From a bacterium (GTDB taxonomy: Bacteria > BMS3Abin14): 64,000 nt of DNA. Positions within the stretch are counted from its first letter, which is position 1. Each line of letters starts with the position of its first letter. The notes under the pieces were generated by a model. The model did no database searches. It was not told where the DNA came from and saw only the letters and a program-made list of their open reading frames with translations. This document shows, in pieces, positions 47,046-58,195 of the stretch. The DNA is taken from positions 308,999 through 372,998 of the forward strand of contig CP070719.1 in assembly GCA_020350725.1 (NCBI GenBank), read 5' to 3'. Made by a program: the position numbers and the translations under genes.

Positions 47046-49292
47046 TCATATCACCCTCAGGTTGGCGTACTTCGCGATGAGTTTCTTCTTTCCACCCTTG
47101 GGAAAATAGACGGTGATCCTGGCGTCGCCTCCCTCTCCCTCGACTCCCATGACCTGGCCGACGCCGAACATGGGGTGGCTGACCTCTGTTCCGGGCAGGA
47201 GAGTTTCCTCTCCCTCTACCGGTTCCGGCTCGTAGTGGAACTCGCTTATGGCGATGGTTCCTTCGGAGGGTATACGGGAAGGCCCTCCGCGGCCGGTCAG
47301 GCCGAGGATGGGGAAGGCCGATTCGCTGTGAAGTTCGACATTTTCATCGGGGAGTTCAGAGAAGAACCTCGAGGGATGCGTGTGATCGTACTGACCGAAG
47401 ATCCTCCTCCGCCTGGCGAGGGTCAGAAAGAGCCGCTCCCTGGACCGTGTCATGCCGACATAACAGAGGCGTCTTTCCTCCTCGAGCTCCGCCGGCTCTC
47501 CCTGGGACCGGTAGTGGGGCAGGAGGTCCTCCTCCATCCCCGCCAGGAATACCACCGGGAACTCCAGGCCCTTGGCCATGTGCAGTGTCATGAGTGTCAC
47601 GGCCGAACCCTTGTCCTCCCAGGAGTCGATATCGGACACCAGGGAGACCTGATCCAGGAAGGCCGACAGGGTGTCCGATCCCGATTCCTCGACGCCGGTG
47701 GAGATCTCGAGGAAATCGTGGACGACGGTGAGGAATTCCTGGAGGTTTTCGATCCTGTTCCTGGCCGCTTCCGTGTCCTCTGATTGCAGGGCGGGCAGGT
47801 AGCCGGTATCGTCCATGACACTGACAACGAGTTCATCGAGGGCCTGAACCTGGACCTTGTCGCGGAGACCTCCCATGGTCTCGAGGAAGGCGCTCAGGGC
47901 TGACGCGGCTTTCTTCGTGATCTTAACGCTCTTCAACGCCTCGAGAACCGCCTTTTCGGGCGGGGCATCCTTTGCCGCACAGGACCTGATCTTCTCGAGT
48001 GTCACCTTCCCGATGCCGCGGGCAGGGGCGTTGATAACCCTCTCGAAGCTCGTCCAGTCCGCCGGATTGAGGATCAGCCGGAGGTATGCCAAGGTGTCCC
48101 TGATCTCCATGCGGTCGTAAAAACGGACACCGCCGACAATGGCGTGAGGGATATTGTTCCTCCTCATGGAGTCCTCGATGGCCCTGGACTGGGCGTTGAT
48201 CCTGTAGAAGACCGCGAAATCCCCTGCCGCAAATCCCTCCCTCCGCATCAGGTCGAGGATAGTGGCGGAGATAAAATCGGCCTCGTCACGCTCGTCGACG
48301 GCGGCAAAGGCCGAGACCTTCAGGCCGTCGGGGCGCACCGCCCTCAGTTCCTTGTCCTTTCTTCCCAGGTTCCTGGATATCAGGCAGGAGGCCGCCTTCA
48401 GGATGTGGCCTGTGGATCGATAGTTTTCCATGAGGGAAACGACCTTGGCCTCCGGGAAGTCACTTTCAAAGGAGAGGATGTTGGTGATGTCCGCCCCTCT
48501 CCAGCGATAGATGCTCTGGTCGTCGTCCCCCACCACGCAGATGTTCCTCCTCCTGGCCGACAGGTGCCGGATGATCTGGTACTGGGCGTGATTGGTGTCC
48601 TGGTACTCGTCGACCATTATGAACTGCAGAATGTCCTCGAGATTATCCCTGATGTCCGGATGCCCCTCGAAGAGGCGAAAGGTGAAAAAGAGCAGATCAT
48701 CGAAATCAAGAGCCTGTGAGGCCCTGAGCCGTTCCTCGTAATGACCGTAGGCCAGGACCACCTTCTCCATCAGGTGGTCTCTGCGGACCTCCCCCAGGTC
48801 GGCCATCCCCTCGGGTTCCACGAGGGCATTCTTGGCCCGGCTGATGAGGTAGGAGACGCGCCGGGCTGGTAGAACCCTCTCGTCGACGTTCATCTCCTTG
48901 AGAATGCCCTTTATGATCCTGAGGGAGTCACTGTCATCCGCTATCGTGAAATGGCGGCTGATCCCCATCCGGTCCGCGTGCTGGCGCAGGATGCGCACGC
49001 ATGCCGAGTGAAAGGTGGAGATCCACACCATCCTGCCCTCCCTGCCCGCGAGAGATATAACCCTTTCCCTCATCTCCCCGGCGGCCTTGTTTGTGAACGT
49101 CACCGCCATAATGGCGTAGGGCGGGATATTTCTCTCCTGCAGGAGGTATGCGATCCGGTAGGTGATCACCCGGGTCTTGCCGCTGCCGGCCCCCGCCAGA
49201 ATGAGGAGAGGCCCGTCGACGGTGGTGACGGCGTCTCTCTGGCTGGGGTTGAGATCCTGAAGAGGGAAGAGGGGATTAGGTGGTCGTTTCAT
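47046..49292 (-). CDS. uvrD: ATP-dependent DNA helicase UvrD/PcrA family
   Basis: Walker A AGAGSGKT, helicase motifs (TFHSAC, DEYQDTN, VGDDDQSIYRWRGA). C-terminal extra domain. Confidence 0.9.
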   Translation of the reverse strand: MKRPPNPLFPLQDLNPSQRDAVTTVDGPLLILAGAGSGKTRVITYRIAYLLQERNIPPYAIMAVTFTNKAAGEMRERVISLAGREGRMVWISTFHSACVRILRQHADRMGISRHFTIADDSDSLRIIKGILKEMNVDERVLPARRVSYLISRAKNALVEPEGMADLGEVRRDHLMEKVVLAYGHYEERLRASQALDFDDLLFFTFRLFEGHPDIRDNLEDILQFIMVDEYQDTNHAQYQIIRHLSARRRNICVVGDDDQSIYRWRGADITNILSFESDFPEAKVVSLMENYRSTGHILKAASCLISRNLGRKDKELRAVRPDGLKVSAFAAVDERDEADFISATILDLMRREGFAAGDFAVFYRINAQSRAIEDSMRRNNIPHAIVGGVRFYDRMEIRDTLAYLRLILNPADWTSFERVINAPARGIGKVTLEKIRSCAAKDAPPEKAVLEALKSVKITKKAASALSAFLETMGGLRDKVQVQALDELVVSVMDDTGYLPALQSEDTEAARNRIENLQEFLTVVHDFLEISTGVEESGSDTLSAFLDQVSLVSDIDSWEDKGSAVTLMTLHMAKGLEFPVVFLAGMEEDLLPHYRSQGEPAELEEERRLCYVGMTRSRERLFLTLARRRRIFGQYDHTHPSRFFSELPDENVELHSESAFPILGLTGRGGPSRIPSEGTIAISEFHYEPEPVEGEETLLPGTEVSHPMFGVGQVMGVEGEGGDARITVYFPKGGKKKLIAKYANLRVI

Positions 49293-51048
49293 ACCTGAGG
49301 ATGGCTTTGTTGTAGGCGGTGAGGATGTCCCTCCTGGTCAGGATCCCCATGAGCTTCTTCTCGTTTCTCGAGTCGACTACGGGCAGCTGTTCCACACTCC
49401 GATAGGCCAGTTTTTCCAGAGCGTCCTTGAGGTTGTCGGAGGGAGTGACCGTGGTGACGTGGGGCGTGGCCAGGTCCTTGGCCACGACGATGTGATCCAG
49501 TTCGGACGTGAAGACGTGCTGACGGATGTCCTGGAAGGAGAGGATACCGGTCAGCTCACCGTCCCGGTTCACGACGGGGAAGTTGGAGTATTTGCTGTTG
49601 ACGAAGTGCTGGAGAATGTCCTTGAACCTCATGCTCTCGGGTATCACCTCGACCTTGGCGGTCATGGCGTCCCTGACTTTCAGGGACTGCAGGACATTGA
49701 CCTCTTTACCGGCCTCGATGGTGATCCCCCTTTTATGGAGGCGGATCGAATAGATGGAATGGGGTGAAAGGCCCCTGATGGTCAGGGTACTCATGATACA
49801 GGCTGCCATGATCGGCAGTATGATGTGGTAATCCCCTGTGAGCTCGAAGAGGATCAGGATGTTGGTCAGCGGCGCATGGGCCGCCGCTGCCACCGTGGCC
49901 CCCATTCCCACCAGGGCGTAGGCTCCCTTTGTGGCCGTGACCGAGGGAAAGAGAGAGTGGACGACAGAGCCGAAGGAACCGCCCAGCATTGCGCCAATGT
50001 AAAGGGAAGGGGCGAAGACGCCTCCCGAACCTCCTGAACCGAGGGTAATGGAAGTGGCGAGTATCTTGAGAAACACCAGAACGATCATTATCTGAAAGGC
50101 CATGTTGCCCATGAGGGCTTCCCCCATGGAGGGGTATCCGTTGCCGAATATCTGGGGGAAGATCAGGCCGACGACGCCGAGAATGAGTCCCCCGACAGCG
50201 GGCTTCAGCCAGGGATGGATCTTGACTTTGTTCTCGAAGAATTCCTCGAAGGTGTCGAGCGTGTGAATGAACAGGAGGGCCACGAGTCCCGCCAGGAGGC
50301 CCAGGATGATGTAGAAAACGATCTCCACCGGGTTGACCAGCTCGTAAAGGGGGACACCGAAAGCCGGTTCGTTTCCCATTATGTACCGGGCGGTGGTGGT
50401 GGCGATCACCGAGGACATGATGACCGGGCTGAATGTGGCCACCTGCCAGTCGCCGAGAACGATCTCCAGGGCGAAAAGCGCACCGGCGATAGGCGCGTTG
50501 AAAGTCGCCGCGATCCCGCCCGCCGCTCCGCAGCCAAGGAGGGTCCTGACATTGCTGGCCGACATCCTGAACACCTGACCGACGTAGGACCCGATAGCGC
50601 TGCCGATCTGGGCGATGGGGCCCTCCCGACCGGCTGATCCACCGGAACCGATACAGATGGCCGAAGCCAGGGCCCTGATGAAGACGGTGCGGACCTTCAG
50701 GACGCCGCCCCTGAGTACCACCGATTCCATGACCTCAGGAACTCCGTGCCCCTTGGCCTCCGTGGGGAAGATGGCGGAGATGGGGCCAAGGAGAAGCCCG
50801 CCGAGTGCGGGGAGGAGGGGGATCAGGAGGCTCGTAAGGTCTCCGGGTATGTATCCGCTGTATCCTCCCCAGGTGCTCCAGAAAAGAGTCCTGAACAGCT
50901 TGATGAGATTGATGAATCCCACCGCACCCAATCCGCTGAGCAGACCGATCATGATGGCAAGGGAGATGATGATGGTCCCCTCGGTGCTGATGAATTCCTT
51001 GATGGACCTCACGGAAAGGATCTTTCTGAGGCTCTTGCTCTCGCTCAT
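49276..51048 (-). CDS. ClC-family chloride channel / H+-Cl- antiporter with C-terminal CBS pair
   Basis: GSGGSAGREGP and GxFxP selectivity motifs; two CBS domains at the C-terminus. Confidence 0.85.
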   Translation of the reverse strand: MSESKSLRKILSVRSIKEFISTEGTIIISLAIMIGLLSGLGAVGFINLIKLFRTLFWSTWGGYSGYIPGDLTSLLIPLLPALGGLLLGPISAIFPTEAKGHGVPEVMESVVLRGGVLKVRTVFIRALASAICIGSGGSAGREGPIAQIGSAIGSYVGQVFRMSASNVRTLLGCGAAGGIAATFNAPIAGALFALEIVLGDWQVATFSPVIMSSVIATTTARYIMGNEPAFGVPLYELVNPVEIVFYIILGLLAGLVALLFIHTLDTFEEFFENKVKIHPWLKPAVGGLILGVVGLIFPQIFGNGYPSMGEALMGNMAFQIMIVLVFLKILATSITLGSGGSGGVFAPSLYIGAMLGGSFGSVVHSLFPSVTATKGAYALVGMGATVAAAAHAPLTNILILFELTGDYHIILPIMAACIMSTLTIRGLSPHSIYSIRLHKRGITIEAGKEVNVLQSLKVRDAMTAKVEVIPESMRFKDILQHFVNSKYSNFPVVNRDGELTGILSFQDIRQHVFTSELDHIVVAKDLATPHVTTVTPSDNLKDALEKLAYRSVEQLPVVDSRNEKKLMGILTRRDILTAYNKAILRYETTT

Positions 51049-51053
51049 CGTGC

Positions 51054-52883
51054 TTATTCCACCGTAACGCTCTTGGCCAGATTCCGAGGCTGGTCGACGT
51101 CTGTTCCCCGGAGAACAGCCACATGGTAGGCGAAGAGCTGGAGAGGAACCGTGGACAGTATGGGTGTCAGAAGGGGGTCCGTCTGGGGGATGGTGATGAG
51201 GTGGTCGGACTTCTCCACCAGGAACTCATCATCGTGGTCAGCGACCGTGATCACGACTCCGCCGCGGGCCTTCACCTCCTCGAGGTTCGCGAGGACCTTC
51301 TCGTACACACTGTCCCTGGGCGCCAGGAACACCACCGGCATGTTCTCGTCGATGAGGGCAATGGGGCCGTGTTTCATCTCGCCTGCAGGATAACCCTCCG
51401 CGTGAATGTAACTGATCTCCTTGAGTTTCAGAGCTCCTTCGAGGGCAATGGGAAAGTGAACCCCCCTGCCGAGGAAGAGGAAATTCGAATAACTGTAGAA
51501 TTGGCTTGCCAGTTTCTCAATGGCAGCCTCCTGGGCCAGGATGGTCTCCACCTGCTGAGGAACCGCGACAAGCCGGTCCATGACCTTATGGAAACGTGAG
51601 GCATCGATGGTTCCTCTTCGCCTGCCCAGGAAGAGCCCCAGAAGGACCAGGCAGGCAAGCTGGGTGGTAAAGGCCTTGGTGGAGGCCACTCCGATCTCCG
51701 GACCGGCATGGGTGTAGAGGATGTCATCGGACTCCCGCGTAACCATGCTTCCCACGACGTTGCAGATGGAAAGGATGCGGGCTCCCTTCTCCCGGCACTC
51801 GCGGACGGCGGCCAGCGTATCGGCGGTCTCCCCTGACTGGGTTATGGCAAGGGCCAGCGAACGGTCCCCGACGATGGGGTTCCGATAGCGGAATTCAGAG
51901 CCGTAATCGACCGTGGTAGGGATGCCGGCAAGCTCCTCGATGAGAAATTGACCCACCAGGCCGGCGTGCCAGGATGTCCCGCATGCGATGATGATGCAAC
52001 GGTCTATGCTTCGGGCAAAGTCCTCTGACAGCTCGAGGTCATCCAGCAAGACCCTCCCCTCACTCTCGAAGTATCTGCCCCTTAAAGTGTCGGCAAGCGC
52101 TTGGGGCTGCTCGTGGATCTCCTTCTGCATGAAATGTTTGTAGCCGCCCTTCTCCGCGCTCACCGGATCCCACAGTATTGTGATCGGCTGGTGGTCTACC
52201 GTTTCACCCGCCCGGTTCGTGATCCTGACCGAATCGGACGTCACCACGCCGATCTCGCCGTCACCGAGGTAGATGAACTCCCTCGTCCGGTGGAGGACTG
52301 CCGGTATATCGGAGGCGACGAACATCTCACCGGAGCCGAGACCGACCACCAGGGGAGGGCCGTATCGCGCGATCACCAGTTTGTCGGGCTCATCCGCATG
52401 CAGAGCGACCAGGGCGTATACACCCTCGATCCGGTCGAGGGACAACCTCACCGCCTCATAGAGGTTCCCATCGTAATGTTCCTCGATGATGTGGGCGATC
52501 ACTTCGGTGTCCGTCTCGGAAGCCATCCGGTGGTTATTTTTGACAAGGCTCTCCTTCAATGTCCGGTAGTTTTCGATGATGCCGTTATGGACGATGACCA
52601 GCCTCCCGGTGCAGTCACGGTGAGGGTGGGCGTTCTCCTCGCTGGGTTTGCCGTGGGTCGCCCATCGGGTGTGGCCGAGGCCGGGGGAGCCTCCAGCGGG
52701 GTTCTCAGACAGGACCCGTTCCAGCTCGATGATCTTCCCGACACTTCTCCTCGTCTGCAGGTTGGTCCCGTCCAGGACGGCTATCCCGGAGGAATCATAC
52801 CCCCGATACTCCAGGCGCCGGAGTCCGTCCAGGAGGATATCGGCGGCCCTGTCAGGACCGATGTATCCGACGATCCCGCACAT
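51054..52883 (-). CDS. glmS: glutamine--fructose-6-phosphate aminotransferase (isomerising)
   Basis: MCGIVGY N-terminal nucleophile; two SIS domains. Confidence 0.95.
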   Translation of the reverse strand: MCGIVGYIGPDRAADILLDGLRRLEYRGYDSSGIAVLDGTNLQTRRSVGKIIELERVLSENPAGGSPGLGHTRWATHGKPSEENAHPHRDCTGRLVIVHNGIIENYRTLKESLVKNNHRMASETDTEVIAHIIEEHYDGNLYEAVRLSLDRIEGVYALVALHADEPDKLVIARYGPPLVVGLGSGEMFVASDIPAVLHRTREFIYLGDGEIGVVTSDSVRITNRAGETVDHQPITILWDPVSAEKGGYKHFMQKEIHEQPQALADTLRGRYFESEGRVLLDDLELSEDFARSIDRCIIIACGTSWHAGLVGQFLIEELAGIPTTVDYGSEFRYRNPIVGDRSLALAITQSGETADTLAAVRECREKGARILSICNVVGSMVTRESDDILYTHAGPEIGVASTKAFTTQLACLVLLGLFLGRRRGTIDASRFHKVMDRLVAVPQQVETILAQEAAIEKLASQFYSYSNFLFLGRGVHFPIALEGALKLKEISYIHAEGYPAGEMKHGPIALIDENMPVVFLAPRDSVYEKVLANLEEVKARGGVVITVADHDDEFLVEKSDHLITIPQTDPLLTPILSTVPLQLFAYHVAVLRGTDVDQPRNLAKSVTVE

Positions 52884-54283
52884 CAGGTGCCCTCCCCGTC
52901 ACTCTTCTGGGTCATCTTCTTCCGCCACTTGACGGTCCATCCCTTTTTGATCTCCTGCCTTGCACGGGCTATGGCCAGGGAATCCTCAGGTATGTCGTGG
53001 GTGATCGTTGAGCCGGCTGCGACCATGCAGTTTGTCCCGAGGGTGACGGGTGCGACCATCATGGTCCCACTGCCGACGAAAACGCCATCCTGAATGGTCG
53101 TCCGGTGTTTGGCGAAGCCGTCGTAGTTGCAGGTGACGCAGCCGGCGCCGATGTTGACCTCTCTGCCAAGCGTGGCGTCACCGACGTAGGTGAGGTGGGA
53201 AACCTTGGTGCCCTCGCCGAGAACCGATTTCTTGACCTCGACGAAATTCCCGACCCGGGCTTTTTGACCGATGACGCTTCCTGCCCGGAGGTGGGCGAAA
53301 GGTCCAATAGCTGCCCCATCGGCAATTTCGGCCTCGATGATCACGGAGTAGGGCCTGATCTCCGCATTTTTCCCCACCACCGAGTCGGTGATGACTGCTC
53401 CGGGGAAGACCACCGTCCCTGACCCGATCCGGGTGTTGCCGTAGATAAAGGTGCAGGGGTGGATAACCGCGTCTGACCCGATCGTAACGGAATCATCTAC
53501 GAAGGTCGATGAGGGGTCCACGATCCGCACTCCGTTTTCCATCAATTTCCGGAGGATACTGTCACGCATCTCTTTCTCCACTTCCGCCAGTTCGGAGAGG
53601 GTGTTGATACCTCTCGCCTCTGTCGGTTCGGCCAGCTGTACCGTGAGGATCTTCCTGGACGTCCTGCCCGCCGCTTCGACCAGGTCGGTGAGGTAGAACT
53701 CACCCTGAACATTCTCATCGGAGAGGCTGGGGAGTTCATCAATGAGGAACGCGGAGTCGAAAACGTAGACGCCCGCGTTGATCTCCTTGATAGGCTCCTG
53801 ATCGGCCTGAAGGTCCTTCTGCTCGACAACAGACAGCGGATGGCCCGATCCGTCCCGGACGATCCTGCCGTATCCCGTTGGGTCTTCGAGGACGGCCGTC
53901 AGAACCGTCAAGCTGGCGGCCTCCTTCACATGACTGCGGAGCAGGCCTTCAAGTGTCTCCCCGGACAGGCCCGGCACGTCGCCCGACATAACCAGGACCG
54001 GCCCGCGATGTTCCGCCAGGTGCTTGAGGCACTGCATGAGCGCATGTCCGGTTCCCCTCTGTGGCTCCTGCAGAACGAACTCGGCGTTGCCGTGACGGTG
54101 CTCGATCGCCTTCCTTACCATTTCAGACTGACTGCCGATCACTACCAGGATCCTCTCCGAATTGACCGACTTGGCAAGGTGCAGGGGATATTCGATCAGG
54201 GGTTTCCCCCCGAGCTTATGGAGGACCTTCGGCAGATTGGATTTCATCCGGGTCCCCTTGCCGGCAGCAAGGATGATGGTCAT
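52883..54283 (-). CDS. glmU: bifunctional UDP-N-acetylglucosamine pyrophosphorylase / glucosamine-1-phosphate N-acetyltransferase
   Basis: MTIILAAGKGTRMKS nucleotidyltransferase motif; C-terminal left-handed beta-helix hexapeptide repeats. Start set at ATG 54283; an upstream ATG at 54310 is also possible. Confidence 0.9.
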   Translation of the reverse strand: MTIILAAGKGTRMKSNLPKVLHKLGGKPLIEYPLHLAKSVNSERILVVIGSQSEMVRKAIEHRHGNAEFVLQEPQRGTGHALMQCLKHLAEHRGPVLVMSGDVPGLSGETLEGLLRSHVKEAASLTVLTAVLEDPTGYGRIVRDGSGHPLSVVEQKDLQADQEPIKEINAGVYVFDSAFLIDELPSLSDENVQGEFYLTDLVEAAGRTSRKILTVQLAEPTEARGINTLSELAEVEKEMRDSILRKLMENGVRIVDPSSTFVDDSVTIGSDAVIHPCTFIYGNTRIGSGTVVFPGAVITDSVVGKNAEIRPYSVIIEAEIADGAAIGPFAHLRAGSVIGQKARVGNFVEVKKSVLGEGTKVSHLTYVGDATLGREVNIGAGCVTCNYDGFAKHRTTIQDGVFVGSGTMMVAPVTLGTNCMVAAGSTITHDIPEDSLAIARARQEIKKGWTVKWRKKMTQKSDGEGT

Positions 54284-54431
54284 CGGGGACCGATCTGGCG
54301 GGTGAACCATAATGAGATCAACTCCAATCGATGGTGAAGACGGTCCCCTGGGGACCGAACCGGGCGAAATATTCACTTCTATCAGAATTTTCGTTTCAGG
54401 GAAAGCACGGTGTCGGGAGAACCAGAAGCTG

Positions 54432-54462
54432 GTTCACCGTTCACGGTTCACAGTTGAGACCG
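54432..54462. repeat. heptamer tandem array (GGTTCAC CGTTCAC GGTTCAC AGTTGAG)
   Basis: Period-7 repeat in the 410-bp glmU-permease intergenic region. The region also contains short tandem repeats gtgattagtgattcgtaatttgtgattcg and ctctggaccctgacctctggactctggactc. Confidence 0.5.
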
Positions 54463-54816
54463 CCGTGATTAGTGATTCGTAATTTGTGATTCGTTTTTCC
54501 CCGCGTCCCCGCGTCTGATGTCCAGGTCCCACGTCTTATTTTCCAGGTATTGACTGTGAACCCTTCGACGGGCTCAGGGCAGGCTGTGAACTGGGAACCA
54601 TCTCCTTCGCCCCCTCGCATTTCCGTGTCTCCGCGCCCTCTCTGGACCCTGACCTCTGGACTCTGGACTCATTTCTTCCCCCCTCCCTATCATGCGGTAT
54701 CTTTGCCGGGATCATTTGTGTAAGATGTCCCGGGGTATCCGAGGAAGATCCACGACCGGCACAATCCGTCGCACAGAAGGGGAAACGTTATGGCGGGACA
54801 AGGGAGGGCCAACCAT

Positions 54817-55305
54817 ATGCTGATTCCGACGTCGGTATTTGCCGTACTAGCGGTGGTACTTCTCCTGGTCGGTTACTCGCGGGGCCAGGAGCAACACATC
54901 GCAGGTGTCAGGATCGCCTTTGGCATGATCGTGCAAGTCCTTCCCCTCCTGCTCTTCGCCTTCCTCGTCGCGGGGATGATCCAGGTTCTCATCCCGAGGG
55001 AGTATATTCTCAGGTGGATCGGGGCCGAGGCGGGTTTCAAAGGGATCCTCATAGGGTCGGTGGCTGGAGGTCTTACCCCTGGGGGGCCTTTCGTCAACCT
55101 GCCTCTGGCGGCGGCACTTTACCGTTCCGGTGCCGGCGTCGGCACAATGGTCGCATTCCTTACCGGGTGGTCCCTTTGGGCCGTGGCCAGGCTGCCCATG
55201 GAGATCGGTTTCCTGGGTTGGAGGCTGACGGCCATCCGGATCTTTTCCACTCTCCTCTTCCCACCCCTGGCGGGGATCATCGCCCATATTGCCTTTCGGG
55301 CTTGA
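54817..55305 (+). CDS. small predicted permease (YraQ/DUF318-like membrane protein)
   Basis: About 5 TM helices, Gly-rich (GSVAGGLTPGGPFVNLPLAAAL). Start is uncertain: 54790 or ATG 54817. Confidence 0.5.
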   Translation: MLIPTSVFAVLAVVLLLVGYSRGQEQHIAGVRIAFGMIVQVLPLLLFAFLVAGMIQVLIPREYILRWIGAEAGFKGILIGSVAGGLTPGGPFVNLPLAAALYRSGAGVGTMVAFLTGWSLWAVARLPMEIGFLGWRLTAIRIFSTLLFPPLAGIIAHIAFRA

Positions 55306-55642
55306 ACACGGAGCGGCATAAAGCACCTCCGCTTTCCGTTTTCAGGACAGTCCTGAGCAGAGACTCTGTCACCCTTCGCACCCCATACCCTGGTCCGCCT
55401 GTGAGACAGGGTTCGCCTGTCACGGAACGAAAAGTACCGGCGCACTCCCTTTTCCGGTAACAGGAGACCGAAGCTGCGGCCCGTCGGCTGCTAAAGCCTT
55501 TGCATTCCTCCTCGGCCCTCTGTTATCATTTCACTGTAGCGGGCGAACGGCTTTTCCAAGGATTGAGTGATATGCCCTGGGAAATTCAATGGGCGGTCTG
55601 TCGATCTGACGGACCGGGAGAAGGTCAACCCAAAGGGTGGAA

Positions 55643-56191
55643 ATGGAAAACAGGCTTAAAGCACTCGAGGGCAATATCAACAAGCTCAAGACGGAGTACG
55701 ATCAGTTCTTTCTCGGCGTATTGAAGACGCCGCCTGAGAAACTCGCCGGTGAAGTGGCCAGGGAAGTCCGACTTCTGTCGACCACCAGCGTCACCAATAC
55801 CGCCCTGCGATTCAGGATCCAGCAGGTTGTCTCCCGCTACAACACGTATCTCCAGTACTGGCAGAGGAACCTCCGGGATCTCGAGGAAGGCCGAACGCCC
55901 CGCCGGCGGATGGCATCCGCGGCTGCAGAGACCATTGGTCCCGGTATCGTAGTAATTTCCTCCACCGGTGGAAACGGCGAAGGGATGGAAACCCTCTATA
56001 GAGCCCTGAAACGGGAGTACAGGAAATGCGGGGCGGCTGCTCCGGACATCTCCAAGGTTCGCAGAATGGTTGAGAAGCAGACCGCCGAGATCAGGGACAA
56101 GTACGGGTGCGACAGGGTCTCATACCGAGTCACCACTGAAGGGGGAAAGGTGAAGGTCAAAGCCTCACCCGTTGGGGGAAAGGGGAGGTAA
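55643..56191 (+). CDS. hypothetical protein
   Basis: ATG at 55643 with AGGGTGG RBS (the track start at 55637 is a GTG). No motif recognised. Confidence 0.5.
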   Translation: MENRLKALEGNINKLKTEYDQFFLGVLKTPPEKLAGEVAREVRLLSTTSVTNTALRFRIQQVVSRYNTYLQYWQRNLRDLEEGRTPRRRMASAAAETIGPGIVVISSTGGNGEGMETLYRALKREYRKCGAAAPDISKVRRMVEKQTAEIRDKYGCDRVSYRVTTEGGKVKVKASPVGGKGR

Positions 56192-56418
56192 CCATTTGGA
56201 AACTGGTGTCCGGTGAAGGAAGACCGGTCCGCCGGAATGGATCATCCGATTTCAAGGATCCAATACTGCGAAACATCGCTCTGTTTGATACGCTCCCCGC
56301 TCAGCATGGAGATCCTTCCCGGGTTTGGGAATTGAGATGGACGATCGCTTCACGTGACCGCTGACCGCAGGCCGGTATTCTTTTGCGGCTTGGATCCCCT
56401 CGCCTGGAGGAGATGCCC

Positions 56419-56922
56419 ATGACCCGTCCCAAGGCTGCAGTGCTTCTCGAGAAGATCGCCCGGATTATCCCCGGGATCGCCGGTTACCAGGACAGGGAAA
56501 CATGCCGGAATACGGACAGGATTGTCAGGGAGAAGGCGGCACAATCGATCCGTCGCTGCCGCGAAGGTATTTCCAGGACCATTGACGGGCTTTCCCGGAA
56601 GCCGGGTGGTGCCGGCCTGACTTCCATCGGTCCCCTTGAGAATCTCTCCAATAGACTCGAGAGGCTCGAGGACGGTTTACGGTATGCAGTCTACGGCTAT
56701 GCCGGCTGGTTCAGCAGTACAGGGGTCATGCTTGAGGATCTGGAGAGGCTCTACCAGTACGACCTGGACCTTCTGGCCAGAGCGGAATCAATCTTTGACG
56801 TCCTGCCGGGACCCGGTGACACGGGCGGAGATGCCGGGTGGATCCCCCGGCTCTCCGAGGAGATCGATCTCCTGCTACAGGCCGTTGAGGACAGAAGGAA
56901 AGTGCTGGAGGGAGAGGGCTAG
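56419..56922 (+). CDS. hypothetical protein
   Basis: ATG at 56419 with GGAGG RBS at 8-nt spacing. Confidence 0.45.
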   Translation: MTRPKAAVLLEKIARIIPGIAGYQDRETCRNTDRIVREKAAQSIRRCREGISRTIDGLSRKPGGAGLTSIGPLENLSNRLERLEDGLRYAVYGYAGWFSSTGVMLEDLERLYQYDLDLLARAESIFDVLPGPGDTGGDAGWIPRLSEEIDLLLQAVEDRRKVLEGEG

Positions 56923-56955
56923 AGCCCCCTTTTCCTCAGGCGAGGGCAGAGCACA

Positions 56956-58089
56956 ATGAGTGAATTTATAGAGATCCTGAAATGGGTCGATGAGTCCGGA
57001 AATGAGATGGTCCACAGGGTTCCACCGGAGGGAATGGGTGAGATCAAGTTCGGTGCTCAGCTGATCGTCCACGAGAACCAGGCTGCTGTGTTCTTCCGCG
57101 ACGGAAAGGCGCTGGATGTCCTGGGTCCGGGAAGACACACCCTGACGACCCAGAATCTCCCCCTTCTCACCAAGGCTCTCAGTCTGCCCTTCACCTTTGA
57201 GAGCCCCTTCAAGGTTGCGGTCTACTTCGTAGCCATGAAAACCTTCACCAAGCTCACCTGGGGAACCCGTGATCCGGTGGCTTTCAGGGACAGCGAGCTG
57301 GGTATGGTGCGGCTGAGGGGTCACGGCAATTTCACCATCCGGATCGTGCAGCCCATGCTCTTTGTCAATGTCCTCGCCGGCACGCAGGGTATCTACGCAA
57401 CCGAGGAAATATCTGATTTCCTGAGGGCGATCATCGTATCGCGGATCAACGATCTTCTGGGTGAAAGCCTGGAGACGCTCATTGATCTGCCCCGGGTCTA
57501 CGATGAATTGGGTGCCGCCGTCAAGGCGAGGGTAAGGGATGAGTTCCTCAAATACGGTATAGAGTTGAGGGATTTGATCATCCGTTCCATTACCCCTCCG
57601 GATGATGTCCAGCGCATCATCGATGAACGCGGAAGCATGCGAGCCGTCGGGGAGAGGGACTATTTGCGTTTCAAAGCGGCCCAGTTCATGGGTGAAGCCG
57701 GACGGGGTGTGGGTGAGGAAGGGACAAGTACGGCCGAATCCGGGATGGGACTGGGACTCGGGGCCGGTTTCGGTATGATGGTCCCCGCATTCCTGAAAGG
57801 AGCCCTGGAGGGAAAGGTTCCGGGCGATATGGGGGGAAGCCAGTCGTGTCCGCAATGTCAGGTCACCTTGCCGGGCGAGGCCCGATTCTGTTTCCGGTGC
57901 GGAACGCCGGTCATCAGAGGGCAGGTTTGCTCCCTGTGCGGCCAGGATCTTCCATCTGACGCCAGGTTCTGCAGCCGATGCGGAGAGGAGATCAAGAAAC
58001 GGAAGGTCGACTGCCCCAACTGCGGGAAGAAGGCACCTGAAGGGGCCCGTTTCTGCCTCCACTGCGGAGGAAAGATGGGAGATGACTAG
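56956..58089 (+). CDS. SPFH/band-7 domain protein with C-terminal array of zinc ribbons (COG4260-like)
   Basis: N-terminal SPFH-like domain ([44 protein letters not shown]). Four CxxC pairs at the C-terminus (CPQCQ/CFRCG, CSLCG/CSRCG, CPNCG/CLHCG). Confidence 0.6.
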   Translation: MSEFIEILKWVDESGNEMVHRVPPEGMGEIKFGAQLIVHENQAAVFFRDGKALDVLGPGRHTLTTQNLPLLTKALSLPFTFESPFKVAVYFVAMKTFTKLTWGTRDPVAFRDSELGMVRLRGHGNFTIRIVQPMLFVNVLAGTQGIYATEEISDFLRAIIVSRINDLLGESLETLIDLPRVYDELGAAVKARVRDEFLKYGIELRDLIIRSITPPDDVQRIIDERGSMRAVGERDYLRFKAAQFMGEAGRGVGEEGTSTAESGMGLGLGAGFGMMVPAFLKGALEGKVPGDMGGSQSCPQCQVTLPGEARFCFRCGTPVIRGQVCSLCGQDLPSDARFCSRCGEEIKKRKVDCPNCGKKAPEGARFCLHCGGKMGDD

Positions 58090-58195
58090 GGATTGGAGAT
58101 CAGACATTGAAGATTAGCGGTTAGGCATTGAAGATCAGACATTAGACATTAGAGATTAGGGATTGAGCGGTAGAGACAAGAGATTGGAAAAGAGA
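58088..58195. repeat. 15-copy heptamer tandem array (AGATTAG-like)
   Basis: agatcag acattga agattag cggttag gcattga agatcag acattag acattag agattag ggattga gcggtag agacaag agattgg. Strict period 7, degenerate. Confidence 0.7.
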
